From a virus (Duplodnaviria; Caudoviricetes): DNA of 37,460 bases. Shown one piece after another: positions 32,258-37,460 of the stretch. Position numbers and translations under genes: made by a program. Within the stretch, counting starts at the first letter, position 1, and every line of letters starts with the position of its first letter. The DNA lies in the IMG/VR virus record IMGVR_UViG_3300031454_000259, positions 1-37,460 of that record. One strand, 5' to 3'. The notes beneath the pieces are model-generated. The model was not told the DNA's origin and did no database searches. It was given only the letters and a program-made list of their open reading frames with translations.

Positions 32258-34269
32258 CCCGCGTCCGCCGCCTGGGCCTGGCCGCCGCCCGCCGCCGCCC
32301 GCGGGTCGCCGCCCCTGTCGACCCGCCGCCCACGAGCCCGACCGGCCCGATCCCGCTCATGGGCGGCGTCCACCGGCACCTCGTGTGGAACCGCGAGGGC
32401 AGCAGCTTCGGCGCCATCGGGCTGGACGTGAACGCCAAGCTGCAGGCGATGAACACCGCGATCGTGCGGGTCGACACCGAGTGGTCCGGCTTCGAGCCCC
32501 GCGCGCCGATCAACGGCGTGCGCACCTTCGTCACCGACCCGTGGGCCGGCAAGCTCACCAACGGCCTCAAGGACCTCCGGGACCGCGGCATCAAGGTGAT
32601 GGTCGCCGTCAACAGCACCCCGACATGGGAGTCCGGGCACACCGGCGTCCGGGTGCTGCCCAAGGACCCCAACTCGGTCGGGCCGTTCGCGAAGTGGCTC
32701 GTCGAGACGTACAGCCCGGCCAACGGCTACGACAACATCATCGGCTTCGAGTACTACAACGAGCCGAACCTCGCGGGCTTCGACGAGCTCGGCCCCCGGC
32801 CGGCGCACTACGCCAACTGCCTCAAGGTGTTCTACGACGCGGTGAAGGCGTCGAGCAACCCGACGGCGAAGGTCATCAAGTGCGGCCAGGCCGAGAACGC
32901 CGTGTCGGCGAACGGCGCCGCCACCGACCTGCGGTTCCACTTCGACAACTTCATCTACCAGCGGGTCGCCGCGGCCGGCTGGGGCTACTTCCCGTGGGAC
33001 GTGTGGGGCACGCACTGCTACCCGGGCACGAACCCGCCGTCGGCCGTCAGCCCCGGGAACGCCTACTACCTGCTGGACCACCTGCGCTACCTGTTCGCCG
33101 AGATGGTCCGGCGCGGCGACACCTCCGACGTGTGGATCACTGAGGGCGGCTACAGCGCGCACAGCAACACGATCCCCTCGGCCCTCGGCGAGCCGCCGTC
33201 GTGGCAGGCCGGTGTGTCCGAGCAGCAGCGCGTCGACTACACGCTCGCCTACTTCGACCGGCTGCGCCGCGACTTCCCGCGGGTCAAGGCCGCGATCATG
33301 TACAACGACTGGGGCAAGGGCAACGCGCTGGCCGCGACGAGCAACGTCGACCGGCACGAGTTCGGCTACGGCCTGCTCGACCACCAGCGCGCGACGACCC
33401 TCCCGATCTACTCGGCGCTGCGGGGCAAGTACGCCGACCTGCACGGGCTCCAGACGACAGCGCCGACCGCGCCGCCCGAGCCGGCCCCCGCGACTTGGCC
33501 GACCGCGTACACGCGCCTGTCGAACATCGAGCCGGCCGCCGCGTTGACCGAGGTGTCCGGCATGGTGATGAGCACCCGGCACACCGACGTCGCCTACGTG
33601 CACGACGACAGCAGCACCAACCACGTCGAGATGGTCAACGTCCGGACCGGCAAGCGCCTCGCGACGATCACTCTGGCGGGTGTGCCGCAGGGCGACTGGG
33701 AGGACATCACCCGCGGGCCCAACGGGACCCTGCTCGTCGGCGACATCGGCGACAACGCCCGGAACAGGACCAACCAGCGGCTCTACGGCTTCCCGGAGCC
33801 GACCACGATCGCCAACGTCACCGTCACCCCGACGATCTACCCCGTCCGCTTCTCCGACGGCGTCGGCCAGGACTGCGAGAGCCTGCTGTGCGACCCGGTC
33901 ACCGGCCGCTGCTTCCTCGCCTCCAAGCGCACGCAGGACGAGCTCAACGCCGGGCTGGTCGCCAAGTGGTACGAGGGGCCGACGTCGCTCAGCACCAGCG
34001 GCAACGTCTTCACCCTGACGTCGCGCAAGCACCCCGGCAACCAGTTCGGCGGCGACTGGGCGCCCGACGGGCAGACCTACGTGCTGCAGCACTACCTGTC
34101 CGCGCGGGTCTACGACCGCAACGGCGTCGAGCTGAAGCGGTCGCCGTACAGCCAGGCCGACCTCGTGCAGGCCGAGTCCGTCTGCTTCGTGCCCGGGCAG
34201 GTCGGCGCGCTCGTCTCCACCGAGACGACCGCGACGACCGGCCCGCCGATCTTCTACCTGCCGCTGTGA
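32254..34269 (+). CDS. Clan GH-A hydrolase (GH39/GH5-like) plus C-terminal beta-propeller
   Basis: GTGA overlap. WSGFEP, TPTW, FEYYNEPN (E 32761), THCY, VWITEGG (E 33142). Propeller motifs EVSG, DWEDI, VGDIGDN, DCES, QAES. Confidence 0.8.
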   Translation: MTRVRRLGLAAARRRPRVAAPVDPPPTSPTGPIPLMGGVHRHLVWNREGSSFGAIGLDVNAKLQAMNTAIVRVDTEWSGFEPRAPINGVRTFVTDPWAGKLTNGLKDLRDRGIKVMVAVNSTPTWESGHTGVRVLPKDPNSVGPFAKWLVETYSPANGYDNIIGFEYYNEPNLAGFDELGPRPAHYANCLKVFYDAVKASSNPTAKVIKCGQAENAVSANGAATDLRFHFDNFIYQRVAAAGWGYFPWDVWGTHCYPGTNPPSAVSPGNAYYLLDHLRYLFAEMVRRGDTSDVWITEGGYSAHSNTIPSALGEPPSWQAGVSEQQRVDYTLAYFDRLRRDFPRVKAAIMYNDWGKGNALAATSNVDRHEFGYGLLDHQRATTLPIYSALRGKYADLHGLQTTAPTAPPEPAPATWPTAYTRLSNIEPAAALTEVSGMVMSTRHTDVAYVHDDSSTNHVEMVNVRTGKRLATITLAGVPQGDWEDITRGPNGTLLVGDIGDNARNRTNQRLYGFPEPTTIANVTVTPTIYPVRFSDGVGQDCESLLCDPVTGRCFLASKRTQDELNAGLVAKWYEGPTSLSTSGNVFTLTSRKHPGNQFGGDWAPDGQTYVLQHYLSARVYDRNGVELKRSPYSQADLVQAESVCFVPGQVGALVSTETTATTGPPIFYLPL

Positions 34270-34291
34270 CCGTGACCGTCGAGGAGCCGTC

Positions 34292-34468
34292 ATGACGATG
34301 CACCTGGGCGCCTTCACCGGCGCCCCCGCCCCCGCCCCCGTCCTGCCACTCACCCCCGTCCTGCCACTCACCGCCGCGCAGATCACCGCGGTCCGCAGGC
34401 TCGCCGCGACCGCCACCTGCCCGGGCTACATCCGTAGCGCGTTCGCCAACGTGCTGTCGGTGGCGTGA
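34292..34468 (+). CDS. 58-aa hypothetical protein (absent from the ORF track)
   Basis: RBS GAGGAG before ATG 34292; stop overlaps the start of the next gene. Confidence 0.55.
   Translation: MTMHLGAFTGAPAPAPVLPLTPVLPLTAAQITAVRRLAATATCPGYIRSAFANVLSVA
34335..34370. repeat. Perfect 18-bp tandem duplication CCCCCGTCCTGCCACTCA
   Basis: Copies at 34335-34352 and 34353-34370, in frame (PVLPLT x2). Confidence 0.9.
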
Positions 34469-34824
34469 TGCTCAGCGAGTCGGTGTCCGATCTCGCGCGC
34501 ACCCTCGTCGTCATCTTGTCCGGCGGCGCGTTGGGTGTGCTCGTCGTGGCCTTCAACGTGACGGTGAAGACCTACCGGGAGGACCCGCGCCCCGTGCACG
34601 CCGAGCTGCTGGGCACAGGCCTCGCCGCACTGGGGCTAGCCGGCCTGATCGTGATCAACGCTGCCCGTTCGATCGAGCGCATCGGGAACCCTGCCCCGAC
34701 GTGGCACCTGTTCGCCTCGCTGCTCGCCCTCGTGGTGCTGCTCGCTGGCCTCGTATGGGTCGCCCGCTTCAACTGGAAGGCCCGGATCGATCGGGCAGCC
34801 AAGCGAACGGTCTTGGGCGAGTGA
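34465..34824 (+). CDS. Three-TM membrane protein (holin-like; start 34465 or 34468)
   Basis: Three hydrophobic segments and a basic C-terminus; upstream of the endolysin. Confidence 0.7.
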   Translation: MMLSESVSDLARTLVVILSGGALGVLVVAFNVTVKTYREDPRPVHAELLGTGLAALGLAGLIVINAARSIERIGNPAPTWHLFASLLALVVLLAGLVWVARFNWKARIDRAAKRTVLGE

Positions 34825-35174
34825 GCCCGGAACAGATCACAGCCCTGGTGGCGGGTCTCATCGCGATGCTCGGCGCGGTCGTAACTGGCTACTCCAAGCT
34901 GAGCGAGACCCGGACCGCTCGGGCTAAGCGCGAGCGCGAGGAAGAGTTGGCTGACCGGCGGGACTTCGTGCCGCGGGCCGACGTCGAGGCGATGCAGAAA
35001 CGTCACGACGCGCAGCTCGCCGCGATGCAGGAGCGCTGCGACCGCCAGATCGAAGCTGTGCGCGCCGACCTACGGCGGCGAGAGGAAGAGATCGCCGAGC
35101 TGCGCCACCTGATCGGAAAGATCATGGAGCGGCCGGCCGGCTCAAAGGACCGGCGCAGCGACACGCACGGCTGA
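34821..35174 (+). CDS. Single-TM plus coiled-coil lysis accessory membrane protein
   Basis: GTGA overlap; ITALVAGLIAMLGAVVTGY followed by a charged coiled coil. Confidence 0.75.
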   Translation: MSPEQITALVAGLIAMLGAVVTGYSKLSETRTARAKREREEELADRRDFVPRADVEAMQKRHDAQLAAMQERCDRQIEAVRADLRRREEEIAELRHLIGKIMERPAGSKDRRSDTHG

Positions 35175-35180
35175 GCACCC

Positions 35181-35204
35181 GCCGGCCCGCACCTGCGGGC
35201 CGGC
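35181..35204. other. 10-bp perfect GC hairpin upstream of the endolysin (no U-tract)
   Basis: GCCGGCCCGC-ACCT-GCGGGCCGGC. Confidence 0.6.
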
Positions 35205-35228
35205 TCCCATCCCTGCCCAGGAGGCACC

Positions 35229-36092
35229 GTGGCTCTGCCATACCTGATCAAGAACGCGCCCGCACGGTCGCAGTTCCGGTCCCCGCGTCGTTCGCGCCCG
35301 AGCGGCCTGACCGTCCTGCACACCGCCGAGTCGGTGATGGACACCGTCGGGCCCGACACCGGAGCCGAGAACGTCGCCAACTTCATCCGCACCCGGCGCG
35401 AGGCCGGCTCCTACCACGACCTCGTGGACAGCGACAGCGCCCTCCAGCTCGTGCGGTACGGCGACGAGGCGTACCACGACGGGACGGGCAGCAACGCCTG
35501 GTCCCTGTCGATCTCGTGGGCGCTCGCCGCCGCGGACTGGCCGAAGCTCACCGCAGAGCGCCGCGACGCCTTCCTGCGACAGGGCGCCGTCGCGTTCCGC
35601 CGGCAGCAGGCGTGGCTGACCAGCCACGACTACCCGACGACCCCGCTGCGGCGGCTCACGAAGGCCCAGTCCGACGCCGGCCTGGCCGGCTTCATCAAGC
35701 ACGGCGACCGGGACCCCGGTCGCCGCTCCGACCCGGGCATGCGCTTCCCGTGGGAGCGCTGGTTCGAGCTGTGCGCCCCCACCCCCGCGCCCCCGGCCGC
35801 GCCCACCCCGCCCCTGACGTACACGGAGGTCAACGTGCCCAAGCTCCCCCAGCTCCAGGTCGGATCGCGCGGCGAGGACGTGCAGACGCTGCAGAGCCTG
35901 CTCGTCGCCCGGCGCCCGGCGCTGCACGCCAAGCTCGCCCGCACCCCCAGCGCCCTCGCCGCCTGGGTCGACGGCATCCTCGGCGACGGCACCGCCAAGG
36001 TGCTCCGCGAGTTCCAGAACGACGCGGACGTCCCCGTCACCGGCAAGACCGACGCGGCGACCTGGGCCAAGCTCCTGCGCGTGCGCGAGTGA
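35229..36092 (+). CDS. Endolysin: Amidase_2 plus C-terminal peptidoglycan-binding domain
   Basis: RBS GGGAGG. VLHTAES, GSYH, EAYH, KH...RSDPG.RFPW; GSRGEDVQTLQ...DGILG..T...FQ...TW. Confidence 0.93.
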   Translation: MALPYLIKNAPARSQFRSPRRSRPSGLTVLHTAESVMDTVGPDTGAENVANFIRTRREAGSYHDLVDSDSALQLVRYGDEAYHDGTGSNAWSLSISWALAAADWPKLTAERRDAFLRQGAVAFRRQQAWLTSHDYPTTPLRRLTKAQSDAGLAGFIKHGDRDPGRRSDPGMRFPWERWFELCAPTPAPPAAPTPPLTYTEVNVPKLPQLQVGSRGEDVQTLQSLLVARRPALHAKLARTPSALAAWVDGILGDGTAKVLREFQNDADVPVTGKTDAATWAKLLRVRE

Positions 36093-36916
36093 GCGCCCGC
36101 CGGTCGCTGCACTTCGGCGCGAACTACCCGGGCACGTCGGCGGAGCTCGCCGGGTGCGTGAACGACGCCGAGGACTGGGCGCTCGCCGCGCACGGCCTGG
36201 GCTACCTGCCCGCGCTGCACCGCGAGCCGACCCGCGAGACGCTGCTGAAGCAGCTCACCGACGCCGTCACGGGCCTGCGCTACCGCGACCGGCTCCTCGT
36301 CACCTACAGCGGCCACGGCACCTGGGTGCCCGACCGGGACGGCGACGAGCCCGACGGCCGCGACGAGGCGCTGGTGCCCGTCGACTACCGCACCGCCGGC
36401 CTGGTCCTCGACGACCACCTGCACGCGATCTGGCAGCAGGTGCCGTTCGGCGCCCGGGTGGTCTTCGTGTCCGACTCCTGCCACAGCGGCAGCGTCAGTC
36501 GGTTCATGCAGCCGCGCGCCACCCCGGTCGTCGCCTACGGCGTGCACAGGGACCTCAACCGCGCCCGGTTCCTCTCACCGATCGAGGTCCTGCCATGGGG
36601 CAGTGATGTCGTCCGGATCGAGCGGGCCGCAGCGCTCCCCGTCACCGGCACGCCCCGCCCCTCCCGCGTCGCCCTGCTCTCCGGCTGCCGCGACGACGAG
36701 GTGTCCTACGACGCCCACATCGGCGGGCGCCCGCGCGGTGCGGCGTCGTGGGCGTACCTCGATGCGCTGCAGGTGCTGGCCGGCTCGGGCCGCCCCAGCC
36801 CGTCGCTGCGGACCTGGCACGCCGCCGCGGCGGACATCATCAGCCGCAGCCCCTACTCGCAGCAGCACCCGCAGCTGCAGGCGAGCACCTGGCAGCAGCG
36901 CACGTGGACGCTGTAA
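36089..36916 (+). CDS. Metacaspase (peptidase C14, caspase family), 275 aa
   Basis: GTG 36089 overlaps the endolysin TGA. GANY...LAGCVNDA, YSGHG (His codon 36314), DRDGDEPDGRDEALVPVD, SDSCHSGS (Cys codon 36479), p10 motifs LLSGCRDDEVSYDA and GAAS. Confidence 0.93.
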   Translation: MSARRSLHFGANYPGTSAELAGCVNDAEDWALAAHGLGYLPALHREPTRETLLKQLTDAVTGLRYRDRLLVTYSGHGTWVPDRDGDEPDGRDEALVPVDYRTAGLVLDDHLHAIWQQVPFGARVVFVSDSCHSGSVSRFMQPRATPVVAYGVHRDLNRARFLSPIEVLPWGSDVVRIERAAALPVTGTPRPSRVALLSGCRDDEVSYDAHIGGRPRGAASWAYLDALQVLAGSGRPSPSLRTWHAAAADIISRSPYSQQHPQLQASTWQQRTWTL

Positions 36917-37209
36917 CCCGCGCGCCGGCCGCTGAGCGGCCGTGCCAGCTCTACGGGCCGCACTACCCCGCGGTGGTCATCACCGAAGGCCACCACCGCC
37001 ACCCCGCCTACATGCAGAACGAGGTGTACGGCCAGATCCGCGACACCGAGCTGGCGTGGCTTTGCTCGAACTGCCATGAGGCCGTGCACGCGTGGCTCTA
37101 CCACCTCACCGGCAAGCGCCGGCAGCCCGACCCCATCCCGCCGCCGCGCGCCCGCGCTGAGGCCGAACGCACCTACGCCTGGTACCTCACCGCTCAGGAG
37201 GCCCCGTGA
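36904..37209 (+). CDS. HNH-like (beta-beta-alpha-Me) protein, about 101 aa
   Basis: EGHHRHP...LAWLCSNCHEAVH. Likely GTG start at 36904 overlapping the metacaspase end; GTGA overlap with the next gene. Confidence 0.65.
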   Translation: MDAVTRAPAAERPCQLYGPHYPAVVITEGHHRHPAYMQNEVYGQIRDTELAWLCSNCHEAVHAWLYHLTGKRRQPDPIPPPRARAEAERTYAWYLTAQEAP

Positions 37210-37460
37210 AGTCCACCGCCCAGGGCACGTTCCTCACCGTCGTCGGCTTCCTCGGCATGACGCTGCTCCTGTGCGTCGTCGCGATCGCGCTGCTCGCCGG
37301 CTACGACAAGGACGTCCCGACGATCCTCGAGACCCTCGCCGTCGCCGCGCTCGGCACCATCGGGGCGCTGCTCGCCAAGACACCCAACGACAGCACCCCG
37401 CAGGCTGTGCAGGTCATCAACCGGGCGGCCAACCCGGTGAAGGTCGAGCAGGCATCGTGA
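37206..37460 (+). CDS. Two-TM holin-like membrane protein
   Basis: RBS AGGAGG; two hydrophobic helices and a polar tail; last gene of the lysis cassette in this window. Confidence 0.7.
   Translation: MKSTAQGTFLTVVGFLGMTLLLCVVAIALLAGYDKDVPTILETLAVAALGTIGALLAKTPNDSTPQAVQVINRAANPVKVEQAS

Larger units (their letters stand above)
1..37460. mobile_element. Temperate siphovirus / prophage of a high-GC actinomycete (near complete; ends not defined)
   Basis: Canonical module order: integrase, repressor/cro, replication, HNH, terminase, portal, protease, capsid, tail, tape measure, lysis. Many GTGA/ATGA gene overlaps. No att repeats seen. Confidence 0.95.

Noticed and set aside
26678-34269. Diversity-generating retroelement or invertible tail cassette
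   Set aside because: No reverse transcriptase or invertase gene, and no template/variable repeat pair or inverted crossover sites seen.
35516-36088. Apparent N-terminal extension making a 466-aa metacaspase
   Set aside because: Arg/Pro-rich off-frame read of the endolysin gene; the GTGA-coupled start at 36089 fits the domain boundary.

Overview
The whole window is a GC-rich (by eye about 70% or more) temperate siphovirus or prophage of an actinomycete, cut at gene boundaries (it starts on ATG and ends on TGA). No att site or tRNA target is visible. Left to right: an SDH/Clp-fold serine protease; a leftward repressor-to-integrase operon; a divergent leaderless repressor/cro switch; early genes with a RepB-type primase, a DUF3987-type ATPase and an iteron-like origin candidate; HNH, cos candidate, terS and terL; a DUF935-type portal and a ClpP protease/scaffold; capsid, neck and tail genes with a -1 frameshifted chaperone; a tape measure with an M15 peptidase; glycoside-hydrolase-bearing tail proteins; and a lysis cassette. 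Three things stand out. (1) A complete metacaspase (peptidase C14) is translationally coupled to the endolysin and followed by an HNH-like protein and a holin-like gene. (2) A nested tail enzyme has a GH5 barrel interrupted by a whole GH14/GH42-like barrel and by a CBM-like domain. (3) An untracked 51-aa ORF between portal and protease copies the tape-measure C-terminal motif. All family calls come from reading motifs by eye; no searches were run.
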